A stretch of DNA of 61,251 nucleotides, filler included, from Thelocarpon superellum (taxonomy: Eukaryota), in NCBI GenBank assembly GCA_026025795.1. It is 3 parts of 3 records of this genome, joined end to end, with 100 filler letters (N's around TTAATTAATTAA, not from the genome) between each part and the next. Parts side by side here need not be neighbours in the genome. Positions count along the whole stretch, not along the records: positions 20,534 to 40,851 come from JAPEUG010000327.1; 2 more parts are not named here. One strand, 5' to 3'. The position numbers and the translations under genes were made by a program. The notes below the pieces were generated by a model. That model worked only from the letters and a program-made list of their open reading frames with translations, had not been told where the DNA came from and ran no database searches. Below are positions 21,936 through 35,578 of this stretch, one piece after another. How positions within the stretch are numbered: the stretch's first letter is position 1; each line of letters opens with the position of its first letter.

Positions 21936-23932
21936 TTATCGAAATGCATGATCCGTACTCGACGACGGTCGAGTATGGACACCATGAAGACGAAACGTGA
22001 TACCATTCGGCCGGTTTCCACTCCCACTCGAGGTGGCACTCTGATATCCATCGAGCGCTGGTGGTAGAGCAGAAGGCGGCGCCCGGACTTGCTGACGCTT
22101 CGGTGGTCTCGGTGGCTCGTCATCGCTATCACTCAGGGTCAAGTCGATGACCTTGCTCATCGGCCGTTTATTGCTGGACGATCGTTGCGAGATACCCGAG
22201 GCTGGCGCCGAAGCCGACGATAGAAAGGAGTTGTTGGGGGTTGTCGACGCTTCTTGCTTGAATGAGCCCACCTTGGTGTCTCGGATCTCCACAATGTCAT
22301 CGTCATCATCCTCGTCGTCGTCGTGATGCCCTCCATTGCCATTGGTGTAGCTCGAGCTCGACTGCGGCTTGCTCTGTGACCAATCCCCGGTGGGTTCAAT
22401 CGTCACTTGCTCGGTCGAGCGCGGGGTCGCTTTCAAGATGTCATGGACGTATCTGGTCGACGGTCAACATCCCTTCGTTGCCACTTCGAGAGACTGCACT
22501 CACTGGTCCACGGCGAGAGCCTCGAAAGAGACAATCTTGTTGCAGATCGGACACGTCCACGTCGGCGCTTGTTGCTGCAGTTGGAGAAAGGACGTAGCGT
22601 CAAAGCACTGAATGTGTGTGCACACTGTCGATCGACATGGGAGATCCATGCGTAGCGTCGACAGCGGACATTTCAGAGACATGACGGTGGACGTCGCAAT
22701 GAGGTCCGTATCCTGGGCCTTGGCGACCACTGCGCCGTTAATGCATCAGCCATCTATGTCCAGTTCCGGCGCGCGCACAATGCACCACCCAAAAATAACG
22801 TACTTTCTCGTATGACACTCTCTTTCGAAATGGCTCTCCGCGCGCTCAACTGACCCACGAGCTCGGTGACAGAATGGGTCCGCACAAGGTTGACGACGAA
22901 GCAATATCTCTACATCACATCAGCTGTCTGTGCCACTCGGTTCCTGCGTGTCAGGGAAAAGAGTCGGTCAACCTTGTGTGTCAAGGCGTACGTCAATGAC
23001 ACCGTGTTCTCGTACTTTTCCACCTTATGTAGGAAGGAAGTGATGTCGGCAGGTCGGGTTGAGCCAGATTTATTCTTCAACCCGCGCAGATTGGCCTTGA
23101 CGTCATCTTGATTGACTTTGAGTTCGACCTGATGCGGGAAGGCAATGTCCAGCTTGGAAAACATGCCCATGCTGCTTTCCGCTCCACAGTAGACCATCAA
23201 GCGAATGGCCGGGTCGGCCTTTACTCGCTCAATCACGGCTCGAGTGAGTCGGAGCGCGGTGGAGACGGAGTGACGATGGTTGTTCATTGCTGGCGTGACA
23301 TGAGTCAGACGCTTGTCTTGACGGGTTTAGCCAGGCTCACAACGCACGACCTGGACATACCTGGGCAGGTCTGCACCGGCGTCACCGGTTCGAGCACTGT
23401 CTCAAAGGGGCTTTCCTTGAAGATCAGGTGTGCTGTAGCGGCGTCAGGATGGCCGGCGGTGATCGGAGACGATCGACAACGGTTCATACCTGTCATGGGC
23501 GAAAAGGAAGACCCGTGGGCCGAGCCGCCATTGGACTGAGGGTATCCTCGTGACGGGCCCTTGGACATGGCGGTGTGAGATGGACTTGAGGGAGTGCCAG
23601 GGCTGTCCTGGCCGTACTTGGAGGAGGTAGGGGTGATGAGGGAATCGGCGTTGAGGATATTGTTCCCTAATCGACGGAGGCTCTCCGTATCGTGCCGTCG
23701 GGCATATTCCTCGATGCCTAGGATGGCGAGCCATCCGTTAGGGCCGGACCACAATTAGAAGATCATGAGCTTGCGCGGGCCACTCACGGCTGATCAGGCG
23801 TGCTTGCATCGCCGCTTTGACGCCCGTGTGTTGGAGCCGCTCCTCTTTGAGGACGCTGACAAGGTGCTTGTTGAGCAAGAGCTTGACTCTGGCGACATGT
23901 TGTCGAGCGTCGAGCGGGACGCTGGACGCCAT
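21936..23932 (-). CDS. SIZ1: SIZ/PIAS-family SUMO E3 ligase (SAP-like, PINIT, SP-RING/MIZ, SIM)
   Basis: PINIT 'IAFPHQVELKVN...NLRGLKNKSGSTRPADIT'; SP-RING 'MSLKCPLSTLRMDLPCRSTVCTHIQCFDA...WTCPICNK'; SIM 'VIDLTLSDSDDE'. Multiple short GT-AG introns. Confidence 0.93.
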
Positions 23933-24770
23933 GGCGACACCGAAGCACGATGCGCGGAGCACGGTGCGGGGAGACACGGGGAGAGGGATGATCACGGTCT
24001 CAAATCCGCCGCGGTGGCGGTTCGTCTTGGATGAGGCATCCAATCGTTGGGGAAGCGTCGGCCGTGAGGCTGCAGGGGGGAGGGCGTTCCAGGAGTAAGG
24101 GCGAGAGGCAACGAGGAAAGGCGAGGGAAGACGAGGTCACGACAACAGGAAGGGCATTAGTGGAAGACACGGTCCTTTGTGCAAGGTGTGGAAAGTCATC
24201 AACGCCTGGCCGTGCCGCAGGTCGACCCCGTTCCTAGAGTGCGGCGTCACTTCTATGCCTCACAGAGACCAGCTATACAGGTCGAGCACACGGTAACTGC
24301 GAAGTCGGCAGGCTCCGATCGATCCAACAATGCCGTTCTTATCCCCACGGCCGATCTAGCCTGCCACCGGGAACAAATGGATCTCCGAGAGTCCGTCTGG
24401 TAGGGGCAAGGAAATGGCCAGGGCCTTTGCGTCTCAGACGCCCGCGGACCCCCGTACTTCCTACATGAAAGTGAATTTTGTCGGCAAGTTCAGCAAGCGC
24501 CGATAATTACCTAATCGGTCTCGGTCACTCGGCGCGTCGATAGCCCACGGGCCCGAATGCCCCCCAACCTCCGCACGTCTTATCGGAGCATACCACGGAG
24601 CGATCCAACACAAGCATCGCCCGTGACCGACCAGTCACTGTCCTTCCTACACGAAAGGGTGTGAGAACCAGACGGTCGCTGTTCTCGTTCAACAGACCTG
24701 GCTGACGGTGCGCTCGCTTGGTGACATCTTCCTAACCACCCCTCACTGCGCTCGACCCAATCGATCCAAC

Positions 24771-25303
24771 ATGGCCAAAGGACTACGCTCCAGCGTCAAG
24801 AAGGCGAACAAGGCCAAGCTGCGATCCCGAGTGTTCGGGCCGGTGGAGAATGCTCGAACGGAGCGCTTGTCCGCCAAATTGCTGGAGCTGGCCGCCGAGC
24901 CCAAAGCCGTCAAGGCCACTGACATGACGATGGATCTCGAACAGAAGCGTAAGAGCCTTCCTCCCATCGAGCGCAGACACGGGCACGCGAGCCTGACCCT
25001 TCGCACAGAGCCCAAGAACCCGGGTCCTTTCGCCGCCGAAGATGCACGACTTGAGAGCGATGGTCAGAGCTGGTCGTCCCCATCGTCCCGAGATACCCCG
25101 CTAACGACCGTGACTCGCGCACAGAAATGGACGTGGATGAAGGTCCCGGCGCGCAAAAGTCCAAAGCGAAAGCGAGCAAACAGAGAAGCCCCGGCCGGAT
25201 CCAGAAGCGAGGACGGGGAAAGGCCAAGAACGCCGTCGTCTTTCCCACCTACGGCAAGAAAGGGAGAGGCAAGGGACCGGGATTCACGGGATCGCGCCGA
25301 TAA
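24771..25303 (+). CDS. DUF2423 small basic nucleolar-type protein (YBL028C-like), 3 exons
   Basis: 'MAKGLRSSVKKANKAKLRSRVFGPVENARTERLSAKL'. Introns 24949-25007 and 25063-25124 give the C-terminus 'EMDVDE...RIQKR...VVFP', stop at 25301-25303. Confidence 0.85.
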
Positions 25304-25788
25304 CTAGCTCATGGTCACACCTGCGCCGGCGTTTATGAGGTATGGTGGTGCGTCCCGGCTCTAAATCGCCTCTTACATGCAATTCGCTCTCTCACACGGT
25401 CCGTATATCATTATAACATCCACATGGCAACGTGCTCGCATCAAATGAGGGGCAGCCTGGGCACCTGAACTGCTGTCGCCGTAGACTGAGCACGACGCTC
25501 ATGCCTTGGGGCCCATCCTTGGTCCATGACCTCGGCTTTCCCTGTTTGGGTGAAGCTCCCATATAGAGTTTGGAGATTCGTCAGACACGAAGACCAGTGA
25601 CGGACTTGGCGCAGCTTGCACGTCAAAGAGTAAACATCGCTCGACTCTTCAGTAGAAGCTCCTTGATGCCAAGCTGCCCCCGGTCATTGGTCGTCGGCAT
25701 GGTCATCACCCATTGGTAACGATCGAACCAGGAGATGTGAAGCTCACGTTGTCGCGGCCGTCAAGCTGCCGGTTGAACGCGGCCTACC

Positions 25789-28700
25789 ATGATGCGGACC
25801 TTACCCCAGGTCCTGCTCCTGCTCGCCAATGTCTTGATCCCAATTGCCATCGTGACCTTTGCCACCGGCTTCTTTCCCTACAAGCCCTTCTTGCCTGGCC
25901 TTGCACAATATGGAAATGCCGACGGCTCGACCCTGCCCGCAGAGGCTCCTTTTGATAAAGTCGTCTTCATGGTGGTGGATGCCCTACGCAGGTACCTCGT
26001 CCCCGACCACACCCGACCGTGGGCGCTGACACCCGCAGCGATTTTGTCTACTCCAATGCGTCCGGTTTTGCATTTACACAGCGGTAGGTCCCCGTCCGCT
26101 CTGCGTCGATCGATGCTCATTCCAACCAGGTTGATCAACGATGGATCGGCCATCCCCTTCACGGCCCATGCCACCTCGCCCACCATCACGATGCCTCGCG
26201 TCAAAGCTATCACTACCGGCTCCATCCCGTCCTTCCTCGATGTCATCTTAAACTTTGCCGAGTCCGACACCACGTCGACCCTAGCCCACCAAGACACCTG
26301 GCTGGCACAGATGAAGGCGAAGAAGGACGGCATGCTCGTCATGTACGGGGATGATACCTGGCTCAAGCTATTTCCCCATACCTTCACTCGGGCGGACGGT
26401 ACCTCGAGCTTCTTCGTGTCGGTGCGTGCCAGGCTCCGCCGTGCATGTGGCGTAGCATCCCAAGTGGCTAAGCATCTTTCAGGATTTCACCGAGGTCGAC
26501 AACAACGTGACTAGACATGTTCCGGATGAGCTTCAAAATGCCGACTGGAACGCGATGATCATGCATTACTTGGGCTTGGATCATATTGGCCATAAGACGG
26601 GCCCGCGCGGGTGAGTCGAGAGCTGGAGCAGATACAAAGTCTTACTGACGGCCAAGCGCAGCCCGCACATGATTCCCAAACAGCGAGAAATGGACTCCAT
26701 CGTGCGCACTATCTATCAGGCCATGGAACGCCAGCCACACCTGCGCTCAACCTTATTGGTCCTGTGCGGAGACCATGGGATGAATGACGCCGGTAACCAC
26801 GGCGGCTCGGCGCCAGGAGAAACGTCTCCAGCCTTGGTCTTCATGTCTCCGAAGTTTAGAGAGATCTCCCACGGTCTTCCATGTCCCACCGAAGCTAGAG
26901 ACGACTTTCAATATTATCGGGTGGTGGAGCAGTCCGATATTGCCCCTACTCTGGCGGGCCTGCTAGGCTTTCCAGTCCCCTTGAATAATCTCGGGGTTTT
27001 CATTCCTGAGCTCCTCGACTTCTGGCCAGGTCTGCAAACCATCCACTGGAGAAGACGTCCAAGCTGATGGCGTGACAGAGGACGACCGGATGCAATTGCT
27101 CCTCAGTAACGCGCGGCAGATCATCAGGATCGTGGAGGCGACCTTTTCGATTTCGCTCTCGGACGACCAAATCCTTCCACTCGATTGCTCCACGACGGAC
27201 TCTGACATGAAGGAGTTGATGTGCACGTGGCAGCAGGTAGCGCTGCTTCAACGTAAGGCGCATGAATCCGGCTCCAAGGGTCGCGAGGCGGTGATGAGCT
27301 CATTGATACACGTATGCTGGAACCTTCATCGCCCCTCTCCACGAATGCTTACGGTCATCAGTTTTCGAAACGAGCCCAAGAAATCATGAGCAGCACGGCG
27401 AGCAACTACGACGTGCCAAGGTTGTACTCTGGTACGGCGTTGGCGGGGGTTGCGTCCATAATCGCTCTGGCCGTTTCTCTGATCACCGTTTACGACTCGA
27501 CGGTGGCCTTGGCCATCTTCCTGGGAATCTCTCTATGCTATGGAGGCATGATGTTTGCCAGCAGCTATGTGGAAGAGGAACAGCATTTCTGGTACTGGAT
27601 GGCGTCCGCATGGCTGGGGTATATTTTCTTGAAAGAGTGCGCAACCATGACGAGGGCAATCTTGCACAGCTAATCCATCTCAGGAGTCGACGACGAGGCA
27701 AGACCACGGAAACACTCGGACTTCTATCGACCGTCATACTCGTTGGTCTCCGACTTACCCGACGATGGAACCAAACGGGCCAGAAACTGGCGGGAGAACC
27801 GGACATCGCCGGAACATTTCTCGCCACGAACCCGTCCATCATGTGGACCTTAGTGATTGCCACGTATCTCGATCTTCTTCAGCGTGTCGCGCGCCGAGGC
27901 TATCCCAACTCGTCCCCCCAGGTCGCGTGGTCCATCTCGACAACCCTCTGCCTAGCGGCTTTCAGCTTCAAAGCGGCCTTCACCAGTGCCGATGCGCCTG
28001 AATTGCTCCGAGGACTCCCTCGACCGTTCTTGGAGAACCTGCAGAACGCGCCGTTGGTCGTACAATCTCGCACCGTCTTCCTTAGCCTTGCCCTCGCCCT
28101 TATCTACGGCATCGCCGTGTATTACATCATGGGACGAGGTGGGAGGAGAAAGGCCGGGACAGGTAGGAGAATTTGAGCATCTCATAATGCCAAAACTAAC
28201 GGGGAACAGGAATGACATGGCTCTTCCACGACCTCATCACCCTCTTTCTAATCACGCAAACTCGCGTGACCAACATCCCTCTCTACCTTATCTTCGAGCA
28301 ACAATTAGGTCTGCTAGGGCCGCTGAACCTCTCCGTCACGGAAATTAGCATCACGTCGCTGCTCTTCCAGTATCTCTCCTTCTTCGCCTTTGGCGGCTCC
28401 AACGCCATCTCCTCAATCGACCTCTCGAATGCCTATAATGGCGTGGCGGGGTACAACGTTCTCGCCGTCGGGCTCCTTACATTCATCAGCAACTGGGTTG
28501 GACCTATCTGGTGGATGTCGGCCACGACGCTGCTGCTGCTACGCAGACGGAAGGGTGGTCCTCTGCACCAATTTGACAGACCATCGCGTCCTATGCCACC
28601 AGCTCCTCACCAATCCCAAGCCCAACCGTCGCCTCGAGCCAGTCTCCTCTCCTCGCACCTCGCGCTTCAAACACTTTTTGTAGCGCTCAGCCTTGTCTTT

Positions 28701-28856
28701 GTCATGGCCGCGTGTACTGCGCTGCGCACCCATCTCTTCATCTGGACCGTCTTCTCGCCCAAGTATTTGTATAGCATGGCTTGGTCTCTTGCGCAGCATC
28801 TGATCGTCAATGGTCTTTCTGGGAGTGTGCTCTTTTGGGCTGGTGAAGGAGACTAG
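25789..28856 (+). CDS. GPI7: GPI ethanolamine-phosphate transferase 2 (PIG-G/Las21)
   Basis: 'FDKVVFMVVDALR', 'PTITMPRVKAITTGSIP', 'HYLGLDHIGH', 'CGDHGMNDAGNHGGS', 'FASSYVEEEQHFWY', 'GGSNAISSIDLSNAYNG', 'LRTHLFIWTVFSPKYLY'. About 8 GT-AG introns. Confidence 0.95.
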
Positions 28857-29042
28857 CATGGGAGAGGAGAGGCTGCTTTCGGAAGGGGGGAAGGCTGGCC
28901 ACTCGTGTATGAAGTATTCGGATACCAGATTATGCATGTTAGATCAGGAAAGATCTTTTGTCCATGTACATGTACAAGTACAAGTACGAGTACAAGAACT
29001 GATACCTTCGATTTGAACCTTCTCGCATGCATCAGTAATTCA

Positions 29043-30015
29043 TCATAACAAGCCGCTGAACAGATCATCGATAGCATCCCCACCAGCACCACTCTTCCGT
29101 ATCTTCTTACCCTTCTTCTTCTTCCTCCCCTTCTCCATTTTTTCTTCGTCTTTCTTCACTCCATCCTCCCACTTCGCATCTTCGGTTCCAACGGCGCCGC
29201 TGCTGCTGCTGCCCTCGGCCATATCTCGCGCACCGAACTGTGGCCGGCCGAGTGCCAGAACGGGGCCATCCCTTGCGAGTGGCTCTTCCTCAATAGAAGA
29301 AGGAGGAGGAGGGCGACGAGGAGGAGGAGGAAGAGCCGATCTGGAAATCAAGACGCCAATATCCTCACCTACTTCCTCCTCCCCATCCCCGTCTCCCTCA
29401 CATCCACCTTCGCCTGTTTCTCCGCCAGCGGCCTTCCTTTCACCATCGGTACCGACGCCAATCCCGACCTCGCCATCTGCCTCCTCACGCACAGGCACAC
29501 CTGGCAGTACACCACCGACAATGCGCGAGATTCTAGCCAGTGCTCCGAGTAGCACGAGGCCCAGGGCGGCGAATTGCGGATCGCTGATGAGGATCTTAAA
29601 CGCCCTAGAGAAGTGAAGAGAGGTCCGTTAGAGGACTGGAGCGTGCGCATAGGTCCAGGGCTTGATCTGATCACCTTGTGTAGAATGCAGGGATGGAGGT
29701 AGTGTGTCTGTTTGTACGAGACAAAGCGGAAAGTGTGACGTACAAGTGACATCTAGGAATCAGAAACCTCCTCATGTACAGCGTGATGGATTCGTAGTCC
29801 ACCTCCTCTCCCACTTCCGCTATCTCTTCCTCTTCCGTTGTCTTTCCCCTTCTAGTATCCTTTGGCAGAAGAGATCTCAAGTGACGACGAAGCATCGAGA
29901 ACCATTTCCACCACAGAGACCGCCGGTGTTGGTTTTTGTTCCGGTGGGCGAGCACGTGTAGGAGGCGCTGTGTCTCATGGAGCTCCGCTACGTTTTCGGC
30001 GCTGATGAAGCTCAT
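29043..30015 (-). CDS. RMP1: RNase MRP protein subunit Rmp1
   Basis: 'LLHVLAHRNKNQHRRSLWWKWFSMLRR' spliced via intron 29743-29605 to 'AFKILISDPQFAALGLVLLGALARI'; C-terminus 'KKKKGKK...DAIDDLFSGLL'. Confidence 0.85.
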
Positions 30016-31207
30016 TATTCCCTGGTGTCATTGGGTTTCCATCGCATTGATGTGGATGGGTTCGGACGGCCAAGCATGGAGCCGGGAGTTGACGTCGAGG
30101 CTGCTCGCTTACTGGCTTCCCCGGAGACATCGTTCTTCCCCCTTCTCGGATCTACTCTCCCCGAGGAGGATGCTGAGCGAGCCCTGTTGACCCGTTTCCC
30201 TCACGTCTGACTCAACAGATACCAGCTACCCCAGTACGCACACGTGATATGTCGATCATTGGGATTGTGAGCTATCTAAGCCATCTATCATCCGTCCCAT
30301 CTGCACCCTTGTACATGGCACCGACAGCAGGTGACCACAAGTGGCATCCGTTGCGCGAGGCAACTACATGTTGGCAGCCAGTCAATGGAACAAGGGGAAA
30401 GGGAAGTCCAAAGCAAGTTGCGCCTCGCCAGGTCTGCACGCTCCCGAAACATGTCCGCCAGAACCTCATGAGCTCATCGACATTTTCCGCGTCACAGCAC
30501 CTTCCATCGAGAACGTGCGCCTCCCAAAGCAACGAAAACAGCCAAACCTCCCTCCCTCATACACGCAAGTGCGCACAGAAATTGGACGAGCGGAGAGCCA
30601 AATGGGGTAGCGAAAGCAACTGAGAAAGAGATCTATCGCGTGGGGTGAGATGAGTTTCTTCGGATCACAGGGAAGGGGGAAATCGGATCGAAAAGGCGGG
30701 GGACAAGAACCGATGATGAAAGCAAACAAGGCGTGTAGGTCGCAGTTAAGAGCGGGCCGGCGGGCCCGCGTCCGGACCGCAGAGCGCTGCCGTGGACGCG
30801 GACGCGGACCATGATACCTCACCCAAGCCCTTGCTCCTATGGTTGCGACGCCGGCGGTCTCTCATCTCTCCAGGGGTCGACACATCTCTCATCTCCAGGC
30901 GTGTCTGCAAGAGACAAAAGAGACCCACCAACGGCTGGCTCGAGGGAAGTCGTACAGAAGGAGGAGCGCCGTGTCTTATATCCGAAGGCGTCGCTAGGCT
31001 TGTCTCGAGCGGCCACCCAAGGTTCCTCGCCAAGTTGCGTGAAAGAAAAAACAGGAGACCGCAGCGGTCAATGAAGGTAGACAAAAGTCAACGACAGGAC
31101 CGGACGCCGACTGGACGCAGGGGGCAAAGCCATCAGAGCGATCGTGGGTAGCGAGGATGAGGAAGCGCTCGAGCGCCGTCGACGGCGAAGCGCGGGTGGG
31201 CCGAGAC

Positions 31208-34200
31208 TCAGTAGGAGGGCTCGTAACGAGCCGGTCCAGGCCGGCGAGGGAACCGGTCTCCTTGCACGGTGCGAAAGGCGAGATCGCGGTAGTAGGCTTC
31301 CTCCTCGCGACGCTGGTATTCATACGCCTCGTCCATCTCCGCCAGACGCGTGCCGCGATCGTACTGGGACCGCCGACGACGCTGCTCGTCACGGTTGTGC
31401 TGGCCAGCGCGGGGCGCGAAGAGACCTGATCGTCCGTAAGCTGACCCACTTGGTCCATGTCGTCCACGTGACGAATACATACCGACGTGCTCGGCATTTT
31501 CGACGCTACGACGCATCTTGGACGGATTGTCCGGTCCGGGAAAGGTGTCTTCTTGACCGGCCAGCGGACCGGTCCCGGTGTGGAAGATCTGCTCGCGTCA
31601 GAAGGGCCATCGAGGTATGCCGAGGAATCGCAAACCTTCGGCCGGAAGGACGGGTGTTCCAACATGACCGAGCTATTGCGGAACTTCTGCACAAGGCAGT
31701 CCTTGCCCTGGATGGCTGCACGCATGTTTAGCATGCATCAGCGGCATGTATGCCGATACGTACTTGCATAAGAAACCTCGGCGACTTTGTCGCTATTGAA
31801 GCGGTTCCTATGATGGGTCAGATGACGATCATGAGGCTGATTGAAGATGGAACCTCGTGGCCTACCAGCGAAGACCGGCGCGCGCTTCAACAAACTAATG
31901 AAGATCAGCATGAGAGTTGATGACTAGAACGGTAGTGGCCCACGTCGATGATGAAGTACGGCTGAGGACCGGTCAGACGCGTATCAATGTTCTCAGATCG
32001 CGAGGAGCACTCACATCCTCAAAGTTGATGAAGGCGTAGCCAACACTATTCCATCAGCGACACGGCCACGATTGTCGGCCAAGGACGACTCACTTGCAGT
32101 TGTTCGCAAAGTCTGCATATGTCTCGGTCAGCAATTGCCTCGTGCGTACTGAACGGCGTTGATCAACTCACCGATGCGTAGATACATGAAGTCATACTTT
32201 CCAGCGCTCGTGTCGTCCACGATCTCCTTCAGCATGGCCTGATCGAGAGTCAGCCAGGCTCTATCAGCGCACTAGAGGATCGAGTGTACCTGGTCGATCT
32301 TGTTCGGGATGTTGCGGAGCATGATCTATGGCGGCATCAGCGGGGGACGTCCACAGAGGTCCTGTAAGCAAGGGCGAGATACCGTCGTTCTCACATCCAG
32401 GCCATGGCGGATGCGGCCCACATCAACCACGTTGTGGTGTCCCGACGTGTGCTCATGGTCATGACGGCCACCCACCCGCATCGCCGACCGACGGTTCGGG
32501 GAGTAACGGTCGGGGGGGAAGAAGGATGGACGCAGCTGGCCACGCTCTTGGCCGATCGCCCCGTGGACGTCACGAGCAGCTCCGTTCCCGGCATAGAAGC
32601 CATCTTCGTGATAGCGCCCGCCATGAAAAGGTGTTGGGAAGAAGGCAGGCCGATCGCGGTGGCGAGGGGTCAGTGGCTCTGGCCCCGCGTAGGCGCCATT
32701 CCATTGGATGGGAGCGGCATCGAAACCCAGAGCGGAGCGGCCCGTAGGGCTCAAGCGAGAGAGGCCTGGCCCTTTCACATACTGCCCATATGGAGCTTCA
32801 CCTTGGCCACGGTACGGGGTCAGGGTCATGGCCCCCATCACTTCTTCGAGACCCGATCCACGCTGCGACAGGACGGTCTCGGGGCGCTGCTCCGACAGGG
32901 TACCGGCGAGAGTCCCTCGAGCGATGGGGGAGACGTTCTCGAGATCCGCCTCGCAGCAGCTCACCGTGAGCTGACATCCCTACTCCATTGGATGGGTCAG
33001 CGGACATTCTCGGCCATTGCGGCGTTCCGCGAAATCACCGACCTGGATCTTGAAGCCATTCAGGGCCTGTGCGGCACCCTGGGCAGCGGTCTTGCTCGAG
33101 AAGACGGTAAAGACGCAGAGGAGCCCTGGCTCATGGACATTGATGAGTTGAAGGTCGTGGACGTCACCATAGTTGGCGAGAAGCTCAGGCAACAGCTGTT
33201 CCATGCCGCCGACGTCGAATGCGTCACTCGGTCCAAGGAAGCGGGCCTTGACCAGGACTCGACAACCACCCTCATCGCCGGACTCCTGCAAGAGATTCAA
33301 TTTCTATCGATAGGCATCAGTCAAACTGAAGGACGATCAAGACTTTTTGCTGGGCACATACTTGAGCGAATTGAGCGGCTGGAAGGTACTCGACACTCCA
33401 ATCGGGGCGGTGGGTACGAGCCTTCAGCACGGCGGCTTCGCAGTCATGAATGCTCGCGAATCCCAGATAGATGACACCCGACCCGACAAGGTCTACGAAC
33501 AACGGCCCCTTCAGCGATGGAAATAGGTGGGCCTATGTGAGGTGAGCCGTCGTACCACATGAGAGTATGAGCGCGACTTACGTTGAAATGTTCCTTGAGA
33601 AGCTGCGATGGGGTGTCCTTCGCAATGTCCTTGATGACCAGGGCACGAACGATCTTGCCATCGATGGCCAGTGCCGCGCTGCCCAACGGAGAGTTCGACG
33701 GTCGCGCGCCGGGGGTCTCGAAGTGGGCACCGACGGGACGTTGGGTGGTCTGCGACAATGGCGTCGAGATCATCGACACATTTTTGAGATAGCTCTTGAG
33801 GTGAGTACCGCCGCCGTCGTGGTCGGGGACGGCATGGAAGTCGAGGGCCGACGGCGTCGAGCGAGAGCTCGCATTGGTGAAGGGGCCGTAGCTGGCACTC
33901 CATGGGCTGGGGCTGGAGGCCGTCAGTGGGGTGAAGGACGAAGCCGTGGGCGAAAGCTTCTGCTCGGGCGGATGCGTGGCCGTGAGCTTAGAACTGAGCG
34001 TGGTGACAAAGGGATCGTGGGGGAAGCTCGGCGTGAGCGTGAGGTGGCCGTTGGTCGGCACCGACGAGGATTTGGGTAGCTCAGGGCTCTTGAGATAGCT
34101 GGGTAGCTGATAGTGACCCGCATCTAGGGCGAAGACGGGCGGTCCGTGAGTGGAATTGCTGAGCCCATCATGATCCTTGGACGTGCGCGGGAGCTCGGGC

Positions 34201-34307
34201 GAGAAGGCCGTGACCTTGGTCTCGGGAGAACTGGGATGGGAGTCAAGCTGACCCTTGGAGTGCGGGCTGCTGGAGGCGGCCACGCTGCCGTGGGTAGAAG
34301 GCATCAT
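31208..34307 (-). CDS. mei2: Mei2-like RRM RNA-binding protein (about 14 exons, C-terminal RRM in micro-exons)
   Basis: Spliced RRM3: 'DVRTTIMLRNIPNKIDQAMLKEIVDDTSAGKYDFMYLRIDFANNCNVGYAFINFED...NRFNSDKVAEVSYATIQGKDCLVQKFRNSSVM'. Two degenerate upstream RRMs. Confidence 0.9.
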
Positions 34308-35578
34308 ATCGAGAGGCAGATGGCGATGCGGCTGAGACGGGCACGACTAAGTGGCGGAGGCTAGATGGTGGGGACGAGTTGGCAGGCAGTCCCGCACGAA
34401 CAGCACCTGTGGTGGGCACAGAAGTGGTGAGAGGGGTATCCTGTGGCAGACCGGGAGTAGGGAGGAAAGAGAGTAACGAGACACTCGTCACAGTTAGGGC
34501 AGATGAAGAAGGACGAGCGTGCAGCCCGCGCGTGACGAGGTTAGGAGAGAGTGGTGGGCAGAGGGCATGAGATGGGGGCAGATGAAGAGAAGGACACGGG
34601 GGGAAATGAGCGGCTATATATGCATTTGTAACATCTGTCATGGTGGGCACCATACCGCCCTGGTAGGTGCTGTCTGGTGCGCGGAAGGGACAGTGGCAAT
34701 CTACACGACCAAACGGAGCGGGCGACATGGTGTTGCAGTCTGATCCACCTCCAGCACGTCCGCACGTGAGACCAAGATGAAAGAAGAGGCAACGAGGGAG
34801 CTGAACGAGGGTTCGCCGCACGCTGGTCGACGGCACCGTGACGCAACGGGGCAGCGATGCTCTTGGAACCTGTGGTGCTCGCTCATCTTGAGCTGGATGC
34901 CATTTGAGATCCCGGCCGCTCCATGGGAGGCGAAATGTCACATTGGGCATTGAAACATCAGCATTACACCATTTTATCACCATGAAAACAATGCATTGGC
35001 CCAGTCTCAGTTGATCGGCTGTGTGGGGGGGGGGAAGATCATCTCCAGTTCGCTGCCATTCACGCAATTGTCCGGCGGAGGTGAGAGCTGTTGACGGGGA
35101 CGCGTCCACCTATCCCCACCGATGGCGAGTGGGCACAGGCGCCAGCTACAATCAGCGCTACCGAGCACTCATGTCAACCATGGAATAGGCGAGAGCAAGC
35201 GCGGACTGGGCTGAGCCGGGAGACAAGCACGTGTCCCAGCCCGGACAAGGCCGGGTAGAGTTTCCGAGGGAAGGATCACGCTGGACCTTTTCGACCTGGG
35301 AGACGTGAGAAAACAGGACGGAGTAACATAAAGTAATACTTGTACAGCGACTGGCTGTATAGCTGCGGCAGGTAAGAAGTACGACTCCGAAATATTGGTA
35401 GAGAAGCTGCATGCTGCCCACCAGCAATCGCGCGGCTGAAGTCACGACCGCCGTACGCTCTCCTCAACTTCGCTGCTCGGGACACACGAGAATGAGGCTG
35501 GCGCGAATCCCCCGCCGGACTACCTCTTCCGTTCAGCCTGTCAGGCTGTGAAACGTGAGCCGCGTCTCCGATCTCAGC

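Noticed and set aside
32404..33474. 356-aa plus-strand ORF antisense to mei2 (likewise 45949-47430, 38562-39374, 55889-56689, 15901-16980)
   Set aside because: Shadow ORFs expected from high GC and codon bias on the opposite strand or frame of well-supported genes.
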